A stretch of DNA of 64,000 nucleotides, taken from positions 26,784,001 to 26,848,000 of the forward strand of contig NW_027266319.1 of the NCBI RefSeq assembly GCF_022045235.1, in the 5' to 3' direction. This document shows positions 11,001 through 20,900 of the stretch, piece after piece. Source of the DNA: Haliotis cracherodii (lineage: Eukaryota). Below the pieces are notes generated by a model, which had not been told where the DNA came from, did no database searches, and worked only from the letters and a program-made list of their open reading frames with translations. The number at the start of each line of letters is the position of its first letter. Position 1 is the first letter of the stretch. The position numbers and the translations under genes were made by a program.

Positions 11001-14000
11001 CTTCATCAGGTGAATACCTACCTAGACCAATACACACATCAGTCTAATGGTAATTACATTTTAAATTTGCAGTAAACTTTGAATATAAAAAAAGACAGCC
11101 CTGAACCTGTACAGCGATATAGACAAGATAAGGAACAGAGCGTATCCATTTGCACGTGCATTCCGTGAAACTCAACCATGCAGTCGGTATCGTCAAGGTT
11201 ACAAGACAGCTTGGAATGAGTGAGTGAGTTGGGTTTAACGCCGCTTTTAACAGTATTCCAGTTTTATCGCGGCGTGTCAGCTTAATGTGGGAGGGATGAC
11301 CGAAGTGATGCCGGTCTCAGACGTTTACCACTTCGGCGAAACCCACGAGCACGGGTATGGTGCTGACAAACCTAGAAACATAATCGGGGCGAACAATCGG
11401 AATTGGAACCCACAATCATAGGTGTCTGTCGTGCCCAAGGAACGCAACTCTGCACAGCGAGTCGCGGCGCCTGAGACGACTGTGCCACCCTACGTGCCCC
11501 CAGCCAGCTTGGAGCAATAAGTTGACTTCAGTAACTATAAAACCAAAGTATATTACGTTGTAACACGTCACTTTGAGTTACATTATATACGCAATACTAT
11601 TGTTCTCCAGTCGGGTTAAATCTCATAAACAGGGATGTTTTAATATACCCGGGATTTTATTAATTTAATTCAACTCCTGTTAATATTGTTACATATGTAT
11701 GTTTGTCGCTAGAAACCTATTTTGCATTAGAACACAATGTAATGAAAATCAAATGACCAATGTTTCCTTTATATCCCCGAGGATCGAACATGAAACCTTC
11801 GTATCTGTAGCCCAGTGAGTGTACATTTGGCTACAGACGCGCTGATAAATCACAAAGCTTTTAAGAATGTCATTTTCAAGTACCGTACGCCAGCAACTGA
11901 TTTTTTACGCTGTTTCCTATGGTTAATGAAAATTATGTTTGAATCATAAACAATGTTCATAAATGTTGTTTTAAGTTTCATTTTTTCGGTTTATAAATTA
12001 GATAAAACACCTATCCTCGTTTTTTTATGAGATATACACCCCGAATCCAAGCGATTTATCCCACTGAATTACAACTTCTTTGTTATACTGTAATAGCCAC
12101 GTTTCGGTCTTGCTTGACAACGGTATAGGGTCTATACCGAAACGTCGCTATTACACTTTTACTTTCCAGTCGGGTTAAATCTCATAAACAGGGACGTTGT
12201 AATGTCCCTGGGATTTTATAGGATATTCAAGTCATATTTGCTATAATAACCCGGGGATTTTATATAATGTCCTGGGTATTTTATTAATGTAACTTCCGTT
12301 CAGATTGTAACATGTAATGAAATGTAAAATCAAATGACAAATGATTTCTATATATTCCCGAGGATCGAACTCACAACCTTCATATCTGTAGCCCAGTGAG
12401 TGTAACACGAGGATACAGAGGTGTTCATAAGCGGCACTGGGGCCCGTTCCACAAAGCGATCTTAGTGCTAAGTTGGTCGTAACTCCCGTGCTTTATGATA
12501 GGCTTACGATCAACGTAGCACTAAGATCGCTTTGTGGAACGGGGCCCTGGTTGTAAGAATGTCCTTTTCAAGATCCGTACGCCAGCAACAGATATTTTAC
12601 GCGCGTTTCCTAAGGTTCATGGAAAGTATGTTCGAAACATAAAAATGTTGATAAATGTTGTTTTAAGTTTCTTTTTTCGGTTCGCCCCCTTGGTTTTTCT
12701 CTCTCCCCAGGGCGTGCTCTGTCTACCAAAAACGAGGGAAAGTGTTTTCTCCAATACTATTACCTTTGTCATCAGACAACTTGAAAGGCTTTATACCCGA
12801 TCAGCTGTAAAGTTTCCGAATGTATGATTATAAAAACTGGCCCTAAACATCCCCCCTAAGCCAGCATTACAACATGTTGCGCCAATACGACCAGTGGGCA
12901 AGCCCTTGCCCCTCGGCTGTGTTAACCACTAGGGCAGAGTCATACAAATAGGTCCAGGGGAAGATGCTTTACAATACGTACAAATACATCCAGACAATTA
13001 CTATCCGTCCAGTTAATGATACCTTCGAGCGATACCCCCTGGGGCACGCCAGAAACCTAGGATTGTGGGTTCGAATCCCGGTTCGCCACGATTATGTTTC
13101 TAGGTTTGTCAGCACCATACCCGTGCTCGTGGGTTTCACCGAAGTGGTAAACGTGCGAGACCTGAATCACTTCGGGCTTTCCTCCCGCATTAAGCTGACA
13201 CGCCGTGATATAACTGGAATACTGTTAAAAGCGGCCTTAAACCCAACTCACTCACTCGTGTGATATGATGATGATTGAAGCATTCGAGGGAAGATGCAGA
13301 TGTTAATATTGTATCCAATTCTCTGCCTTTGACTGTTTACAATCTTCTTTGATCTACAGGGCTTAACTTATTATCATGGTATAGATAGCATCTGTATAGT
13401 TCGAGTCGTACTATATTGTATAATCGTTTCATCCTGCTTGCAGATAATAATCTGCTATATACTTTTTATCGCATGGGATGCCGTTTCTTGCCCAAGGGTA
13501 TTGTTCTTATCATTTGGCGTGTTTGTGTTTATCATTTTAAACTGGGTGTGATCTTAAAGGATAAGCCTGCGTAGTCTCTGTGTTTTATGGCCTTTTCTAT
13601 ATCTAATGACCAGGGTCCTGTTGTACAAAGCGATCTTAGCGCTGAAGTTGTCGTTAGACCCCATACCTTAACATAGACTTACGACAGTCATAGCGCTAAG
13701 GTTGTTTTGTACAACGGCACCCTGTGACATGGTTGGGTACAATGTTACGAGAATGGTTTGCAATAATTTTATTTTTTATTACCCATAGGGTTAGAAATTA
13801 CCGAGAGAAAATCGTGCGTGAGCTTTTGTGTGCTAAGATCTTTCTCGCGCACCAGTGTATTGTATTGACGTCATTCGAATCTTTTTGTGACGTGAACACT
13901 AGAAACGACGTCAAAGTTTGAAGTTTGTTGACGTCATTTGACAAATTGTTGTTTTCTAGGACAAGGGTGGTTATCAGTGTTTATTTCTAAAGGGGGCTCA

Positions 14001-14764
14001 AGGTGATTAAGAAATGATGGGTAATAACGAAATTATTTCACTTACATGTGTGTCATACGATAAAAGAGCTGAATAATGATTTTTTCCCCGATGTTTTTTA
14101 CCTGACTTTTTATCTACACCTTATCAATTCATAATGATTAGGTTTCTAAACATTAAGAACAGATTTCGTTACCATATATATTTCTTTTCTTTTTGTCGTC
14201 TTCGGGAGGAAGAAATTAGAAAACCGGTCGCTTTGATAGAAATTATCCCGGACGCTCCAGTGTAAATACAATTCAATATTTCAGTTACGGACGCACAGTT
14301 TAAGGAACATAATATCACATGTTAATACGCATTCGTTTGATTGAACGCTGTCTGGATAAACGGGTATTTACTTTACAACTGGATAGTTTTAAATGGACAC
14401 AAAAACAGTATTAAATGTAACAACGACTTCTATTGTAGATGTCTGTGCCCCTGGCAACCCAACAGTCGTGCATCACGAGACCAAAGAACACCTCTACTAC
14501 GAGTGTGACGAGGCCGGTGACGTGGCGTACCTGGAGGAGTGCCCCGACTTCTCCACCTTCAGCCCCATTGCGGAGACGTGTACGCCACTGCCGTGCAACA
14601 TCATGGACGGCCTGTATCAGACGTTCCCCGGCGACTGTCGCAAATACTTCATGTGCCTGGCGGGTACTCGCACTATTGACCTAGTGTGCCCCTCTGGCAA
14701 GGTGTTCAACGGCGACACCCGCATCTGTGACGACCCCGCCACCACCCAGATATGCGGCATGTAA
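8058..14764 (+). CDS. Secreted protein, about 297 aa: signal peptide, Cys/Trp-rich EMI-like motif, 2 thrombospondin type-1 repeats, 2 chitin-binding type-2 (CBM14) domains; exons 8058-8125, 9101-9181, 9408-9442, 10008-10196, 10659-10853, 14439-14764
   Basis: All five introns are GT-AG with compatible phases (2,2,1,1,1). [21 protein letters not shown] is a signal peptide, followed by [26 protein letters not shown]1 motifs [27 protein letters not shown] and [29 protein letters not shown]14 motifs [14 protein letters not shown] and [23 protein letters not shown] at about 14812. Confidence 0.88.
8179..8368 (+). mobile_element. Retroposon family A, internally deleted copy
   Basis: CCGTGAAGATCCGGGGTAGAA 5' end and GCGGCGTTAAAC(AAAC)n tail. 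Confidence 0.85.
8755..8935 (-). mobile_element. SINE family B, internally deleted copy
   Basis: Head and tail match 1086-1364. Confidence 0.8.
9800..9905. mobile_element. PIF/Harbinger-type MITE (about 107 bp)
   Basis: Palindromic element flanked by CTG/CTG; same family as 12440-12546. Confidence 0.7.
10211..10435 (+). mobile_element. Retroposon family A, single-hairpin subfamily
   Basis: Intact 5' motif CCCGTGAAGATCC...GTCGTAAGAGGCGACTAACGGG and (AAAC)n tail. Inserted 14 nt into an intron. Confidence 0.88.
10930..11015 (-). ncRNA. Minimal hammerhead ribozyme in a Penelope-type fragment
   Basis: Minus strand reads CAC CUGAUGA A GGAGUA-AGUAUA-UACUCC GAAA CGUU GUG, followed by AAUAAAGAGUUG. 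TSD ACCTACCT at 10922-10929 and 11016-11023. Confidence 0.75.
11217..11500 (-). mobile_element. SINE family B, full length
   Basis: Collinear with 1086-1364. Confidence 0.88.
12068..12156 (+). ncRNA. U3-A8 variant minimal hammerhead (12110-12150) preceded by an inverted partial copy; Penelope-type fragment
   Basis: GC UUGACAA C GGUAUAG-GGU-CUAUACC GAAA CGUC GC. Bases 12068-12108 are the reverse complement of the same family's 3' part. Confidence 0.7.
12440..12546. mobile_element. PIF/Harbinger-type MITE, best-preserved copy
   Basis: About 30-bp TIR GG(G/C)CCCGTTCCACAAAGCGATCTTAGTGCTA; CTG on both flanks. Confidence 0.8.
13040..13258 (+). mobile_element. SINE family B, 5'-truncated
   Basis: B box GGTTCGAATCCC, family body and (CTCA)n tail. 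Confidence 0.85.
13614..13721. mobile_element. PIF/Harbinger-type MITE
   Basis: Same palindromic family; CAG/CTG flanks. Confidence 0.7.
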
Positions 14765-14903
14765 TCTACAACATCAATGCACTTGACAACACACATGTAA
14801 ATAATGAACACAATAAACTTGTATAACCTTCATAAACGTGTTCTGTCACCCGTTAGTATCATTGGCCGCGTCGAAGTCAGTTGGCCACCAGAGGAGAAAG
14901 ATA

Positions 14904-15172
14904 ACTGTGAAGATCCGGGGTAGAATGGGTCTTGAGCAACCCATTCTTATCGTAAAAGGCTACTATGCTGGTCACGTAAGAGGCGAGTATAACGGTATCG
15001 GGTGGTCAGGCTCGCTGACTTGGTTGATGCATGTTATCGTATCCCAATTGCGTAGATCGATGCTCATTATGTCAATCACTTGATTGTCTGGTCCAGACTC
15101 GATTATTCACAGACCGCCGTATTATAGTTGGAATATTGCAGAGTACGACGTTAAACAACAAATAAACACAAA
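14904..15172 (+). mobile_element. Retroposon family A, duplicated-hairpin subfamily
   Basis: Collinear with 7502-7782. Confidence 0.85.
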
Positions 15173-15473
15173 GAGGCCTAGTTAAGATTTCCGTTCCGAA
15201 CCGAATATATTACCGGTAATCAAAGTCATAATTTTGATAGTTGATAATAATGTTACCTGCAATTTTGTCAAATTATACAGTTTTCCTTCAATGTATGCAA
15301 TTTTGACCCCCTGAAAACTCACGCACGCACTTGCAAGCTTACTACCCAATGAAGATTGTGCGCAGATACCTCCTTTATGCAATACAAAAGGTTTAAGGTG
15401 TACAGGAAAATGTGGAACGAAAGTCTTGTTTTTCACCCCTGGCCAACTGACTATCATACCAAAAGACGTTAAA

Positions 15474-15574
15474 TTGTTTGATAGGCATTACTTAGAAGTT
15501 GATGATGACAAAGTAAACTTCTTCTTTAATACTCTAAAGGCGACGTTTCGGTATAGCTCCTTATACCGTTGTCA
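15474..15574 (-). ncRNA. U3-A8 variant minimal hammerhead insert nested in a Meta-SINE fragment
   Basis: Minus strand reads UUGACAA C GGUAUA-AGGAGC-UAUACC GAAA CGUC GC. 13-bp TSD AAAAGACGTTAAA at 15461-15473 and 15575-15587. Confidence 0.7.
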
Positions 15575-15722
15575 AAAAGACGTTAAACGATGGTATTTGT
15601 ATTCTACCTGCCTGGCGCTCGGCAATAAAGAAGTAAAGCAACGACAGGTCCCACCTGCTCAAAACGACCTGAGGGCTTTAGATATAGTAATTCTATCTTA
15701 AAGTAAGGGAAGTACGATCCTT

Positions 15723-15829
15723 GGCCCCGTTCCTCAAAGCGATCTTAGCGCTACGATGATCGTAAACCTATGTTAAAGTATGGGACTTACGATCATCTTA
15801 GTGCTAAGATCGCTTTGTGGAACGGGGCC
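15723..15829. mobile_element. PIF/Harbinger-type MITE
   Basis: TIR GGCCCCGTTCC(T/A)CAAAGCGATCTTAG. Confidence 0.75.
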
Positions 15830-16196
15830 CTGGTAGCGCAAAGATTGCTTTGTGCTAGTGGACCCTAGTTGGCTCGGGGTATGCAGTGTCTGAGTAGGAT
15901 AGCCGTGTTAACCTGGGGCATGGTATCTCAGTGGGCTAGCACTATGAAACCGGCATTAGTCTGCCGGGGAACCAGGCTGGTCGGATGGGCAGTGTGAGGG
16001 GCCTTGTTGAGTGTCAAAACCTTATTTCAACAAAATTAAAACAAGGACTGGTCGGTCAGTACACTGTGTCTGAGTGGGGTATGTAACCATATAGGGCGCC
16101 TGTCCGCCATTTAAGTCGAGTATATATACAAACATGGGATGACCTCACGTGGACCCGTCAGTTCAAGTAATCTGAAAGGTGCCCGTGAATCTATTC

Positions 16197-16557
16197 CATA
16201 AACACCACGCACCCATCTATCATGGTGCTTCACCTGTCTCAACATTCCCAGCTCACCATAAACACCACGCACACAACTATCATGGTGCTTCACCTGTCTC
16301 AACATTCCCAGCTCACCATAAACACCACGCACACATCTATCATGGTGCTTCACCTGTCTCAACATTCCCAGCTCACCATAAACACCACGCACCCATCTAT
16401 CATGGTGCTTCACCTGTCTCAACATTCCCAGCTCACCATAAACACCACGCACCCATCTATCATGGTGCTTCACCTGTCTCAACATTCCCAGCTCACCATA
16501 AACACCACGCACCCATCTATCATGGTGCTCCACCTGACTCAACATTCCCAGCTCACT
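16197..16557. repeat. 60-bp minisatellite, 6 units
   Basis: Unit AACACCACGCACCCATCTATCATGGTGCTTCACCTGTCTCAACATTCCCAGCTCACCATA. Confidence 0.95.
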
Positions 16558-16772
16558 GTCCATGCATTTCAGAGTAAGCGAGGAAGGTCTCACAGACGCA
16601 AGGCATACATGATTCTGACAGACCAGGGACCACAACCAGGAATTATGGGATAAGCTGCAAGGATATTGGTGTGTTGTTTAACACGGCATTCAGCACTATT
16701 CCAGCCATGTCTACGGCCTAAAATAAGATGCAATAGTCCACCACTGAGGTACCATGACACAACATAGACCAG

Positions 16773-17036
16773 ACCCGTGAAGATTCCGGGGTAGAATAGG
16801 TCTTCAGCAACCCATGCTTGCCGTAAAAGGTGACTATGCTTGTCGTCAAAGGCGACTAACCGGATCGGGTGGTCAGGCTCGCTGACTTGGTTGATGCATG
16901 TCATTGATCCAAATTGCGTGGTTAGATGCTCATGATATTAATCACTGGATTGTATGGTCCACACTCGATTATTTACAGACCGCCGTCATATAGCTGGAAT
17001 ATTGCTGAGTGCGGCGTAAAACAACAAACCAACCAA
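16773..17036 (+). mobile_element. Retroposon family A, full length
   Basis: Intact 5' motif and tail; ATAGACCA repeated on both flanks. Confidence 0.9.
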
Positions 17037-17244
17037 TATAGACCAAGTCTGCAAGCCTGACCACAGACATCCAGAAGTCGCCTCAAGACCAGATGACTGG
17101 AAACCTACTCTAACCTGAAATCCCAATCACAACGGTGCCTTGGCCACTGGTACATTCTTCAGACATATGCAGTCACTTATATCATAGACGGTAAGCCCGC
17201 TGGGATCAATGGTCCAGTTGAACTGAGAATTTGCCATCTTCAAG

Positions 17245-17407
17245 GAGTGAGTGAGTGAGTTTGGTTATACACCGCTTTTAGCAATATTCCAGCAATATCA
17301 CAATATTCCAGAAATGGGCTTCACACATTGTACCCATGTCGGGAATCGAACCCGGATCTTCAGTGTAACGAGCGAACAATTTAACCACTAGGCTACCCAA
17401 CCGCCCC
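17245..17407 (-). mobile_element. SINE family C
   Basis: A box (TAGCCTAGTGG), B box (GGTTCGATTCC) and (CACT)n tail. CATCTTCAAGGAG repeated on both flanks. Confidence 0.85.
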
Positions 17408-17921
17408 TTTCATCTTCAAGGAGGATAATGAGTTTCATTCTGTGGGTACAACATTCAACAGACTATGCACACACCACCACTGCAAGTACATTACCACAGG
17501 TTTGTTGTCTACAAATATATTATAACATACAAATGTATTTTCCATAATCTTTATTTCCAAATCAAATCATGGGCTTGCTTAATGGCTCCTCCATTTTGGA
17601 ATCTCAAGTGTCTCTACAACAAATATTTTGTGCATGTTTTTGACTGGGGAAGGCAACAAAATAAACCTTCCACCAATTATGTAATTGTTTTTCAAATCTA
17701 CTCAATTGCGTGCTAAAGGTTTTCATGACCCTCCCCAGGATTTCATCAGCTATTACTTGACCCTCTCCGATTCTGCATACGTTTTTACATGACCCTCCAG
17801 ACCTCACGTCAGCTGTTACATGACCCTCCCCTGTCAAACGTTTTGTGAACCTCCTCATTCTCTCCCATTCCCATTTCAATAACAAACCAATCCTTAAAGC
17901 TTGCAATGTTTACATCAATTC

Positions 17922-20900
17922 TCACCACATAAAGCGTTGAAGTTCATTAGAATCTGGCCAATGGAACGGTTTATACAAAAACATATAAAGTGCTGCTGCA
18001 TTGATGAAAAGAAAATACAGGAACTCCAGACCTAAAATAACCTTAGAAGGGGACTGGTCATTGATATTCAATCTCCAAATATAAAACGGAATGACAAAAT
18101 ATCTGAACTCGAGAAGTTTTTGAGGAACAATGGACACAACAAGACACACCCAGAAACACATCCTCCAGACGATGGTCTTGTGGCTTAATGAGCTGCTAAA
18201 GCTGATCAAGCCAAAACAATACATCGGAACTAACAAAAACTTGACCAGTTCGTGTCGTCTGTAGATCTTCGACCAGACATAAAAAGGGTAGTGACGATTG
18301 TCTGCCAGAAGATATTCATGCACGTACGTAAAATTCGAGATCAGGTATGTTGCAGCTACTACAAAAATGCTGACCAAAAAATGATGATTGAAAAGGAATT
18401 TGAAAAAATATATGATCTTTGATCTGGACATCAAATGCATAAAGCTAAAGACGAGACATGTACTTAAGAAATAAAACACTTGAGGAAAATTAAGACATGC
18501 TTGATGATGACTTCGATCGCCAACCACGATGCCATTGTTGATGTAAACAAAGACAACAAATAGCAAAACAATGAACATATAAGGGAGAATAGTTTTTAGG
18601 ATATTTTGCACAAAATTAAATAATTTCTTTCGGTCATGTATCAAGGTCTTGCTGAGGCATTTAAAGAGAGGCTTAAGTATGGTCAAAGAATATTTATCAA
18701 TGCTGTCCTTTCCTCGGTACTGTTTGCAGTCATCGAGCCATTTAAACACATCTTTCTCACAGGCGATGCCGGCCATGAAGACTACCCAGATGATGTTGGT
18801 CTGGCGAAACATGATAGCAATGGCGCCGCAGACGGAGGCGGAGACGTGGGCATGGCGGAGGCAGGCGAGGTACATGAGGAGGACCCAGAGGACGGAGCCT
18901 GGGTCGGTGTAGTAGAGGAAGGTGAAGAAGTAGAGGACGGGGTACAGTCCCAGACACAGTCCCTGGAGGGTCTGGGATAGGGAGTCCGTCCTCTGATTCT
19001 GAAATGAAAAATAATAAAGATTGAGGTAGGACAAGGTCCTTTACGGGCCACCAGAAATGTTAATTTTCATAAGGTATGAAAAATTACCAGACGTGTTTAA
19101 ATTTGCTGAACTCTAGCATTCTTTCTTACACTTGTACTTCCAACATGATCAAATACCAAGATGTATGCATTACCATCCACTATATCCCAAGAAAATCAGC
19201 TCCAGTAAAAGACTTGCTCATGTCTGTGTGTGCGTGTCTGTCTGTCTGTGCTTGTAATAGTCCGGACTAATGCCTATTTCATAGTGCTAGCTGAGATACC
19301 AGCCGCAGGTTAACATATATACTGGTTCCCCACCCAGACACAGTATACCGACTCTGAGCTGACCAGTCTTTGTTTTAGCCCCTTAATGTTGAGCACAAGG
19401 CTCATCTTTTAACGTCTTTTGGTATGACGCGTCCGGGATCGAACCCCCAACCTTCAGCTCTCTGGGCAGACACTCTACCACTTGACCACGGACTGGTCCC
19501 TTAAATTATGAATTTGTCCAGGATTCCAAGAAAGTGCCCTTGTCATGCAAATTGGGATTAAAAAGAGTTATTTTGTTAGAAATAGGGATTTTCCTTTATT
19601 ATTAATTTCGTGATTTCAGAGGTATTTTAAAATAAAAAATGTAACTATGTGAAATCAAGCATTAAAGCCTCTTTCTCTTTGTTGGTCCTGTTGTCCATAA
19701 TATATAAAAGCCACCTCAACCAAGCCATCACAGTAATTAGAACCTTTTTAACATGATTTGGGAAATTTTAATTTCCATTTGCAACCTGTTGCTGCAGACG
19801 TGGGGCTTAATATCGTCCTCTAAGCAGGTCTATATAAATCACTGTCCTGAATCAAGGCTAGAACTACAGCACACTATTACAACCTGCATCAAGGACAGGT
19901 AAGGAGGACCTGAATCAAGGCTAGAACTACAGCACACTATTACAACCTGCATCAAGACCAGGTAAGGAGGACCTGAATCAAGGCTAGATCTAAAGCACAC
20001 AATCACAACCTGCATCAAGGACAAGGAGGACCTGAATCAAGGCTAGAACTACAGCACACTATTACAACCTGCATCAAGGACAGGTAAGGAGGACCTGAAT
20101 CAAGGCTAGAACTACAGAACACTATTACAACCTGCATCAAGACCAGGTAAGGAGGACCTGAATCAAGGCTAGAACTACAGCACACAATTAAAACCTGCAT
20201 CAAGACCAGGTAAGGAGGACCTGAATCAAGGCTAGAACTACAGCACACTATTACAACCTGCATCAAGGATGGGTAAGGAGGACCTGAATCAAGGCTAGAA
20301 CTACAGCACACAATTACAACCTGTATCAACAACAGCTAAGGAGAATCCAATACAAGGGATTTTTTCTCTCCAGCTCAAGGGACAAGGGACCTATCATGCT
20401 GGTGGCAGTAGTAGTAGTAGTAATGGAGTACGTGAGTGAGTAAGGTTTTACGCCGCTTTTAGCAATATTCCAGAAATATCACGGCGGGGGACACCAGAAA
20501 TGGGCTTCACACATTGTACCCATGTCGGGAATCGAACCTGGGTCTTCTGCGTGACGAGCGAACGCTTTAACCACTAGGTTACCTGACCGCCCAGTTGTAA
20601 TGGAGGTAGTAGTAGTAGTAGTAATGGAGGTAGTAGTAGTAGTGGTGGTAGAAGTAGTAATTTTCAATAAATAATCTAAACCAGACAATCCAGTGATTGA
20701 TATTGTGGGCAACAAACCACATCATAGGGTACACAATCAACCATGTCAAAAATTCTGACCACCAGATCATAATAGTTGCCTCTTACAAGCAGCATAGGTT
20801 CCTGGGGACCTATTCAAACCAGAAATCTCAATGGGGCAGTGGTAGTTGTAGCAGCAGTAGTAACATAAAATGATATCCAGGTGATACTTACCTTCTTTTT

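Larger units (their letters stand above)
11608..12681. repeat. Local diverged duplication (about 11608-11990 and 12166-12681); the second copy carries a MITE insertion
   Basis: Both start CCAGTCGGGTTAAATCTCATAAACAGGGA and share later blocks (CCGAGGATCGAAC, TATCTGTAGCCCAGTGAGTGTA, CCGTACGCCAGCAAC). Confidence 0.75.

Noticed and set aside
16111-16653. His-rich repeat ORFs
   Set aside because: 60-bp minisatellite open in multiple frames on both strands.
17340-17407. tRNA genes
   Set aside because: All A/B-box sequences in the window are SINE heads that continue into SINE bodies and lack a complete cloverleaf.
18636-19051. Additional ORFs overlapping ALG10 exon 3
   Set aside because: Antisense and off-frame shadows of a GC-rich coding exon.
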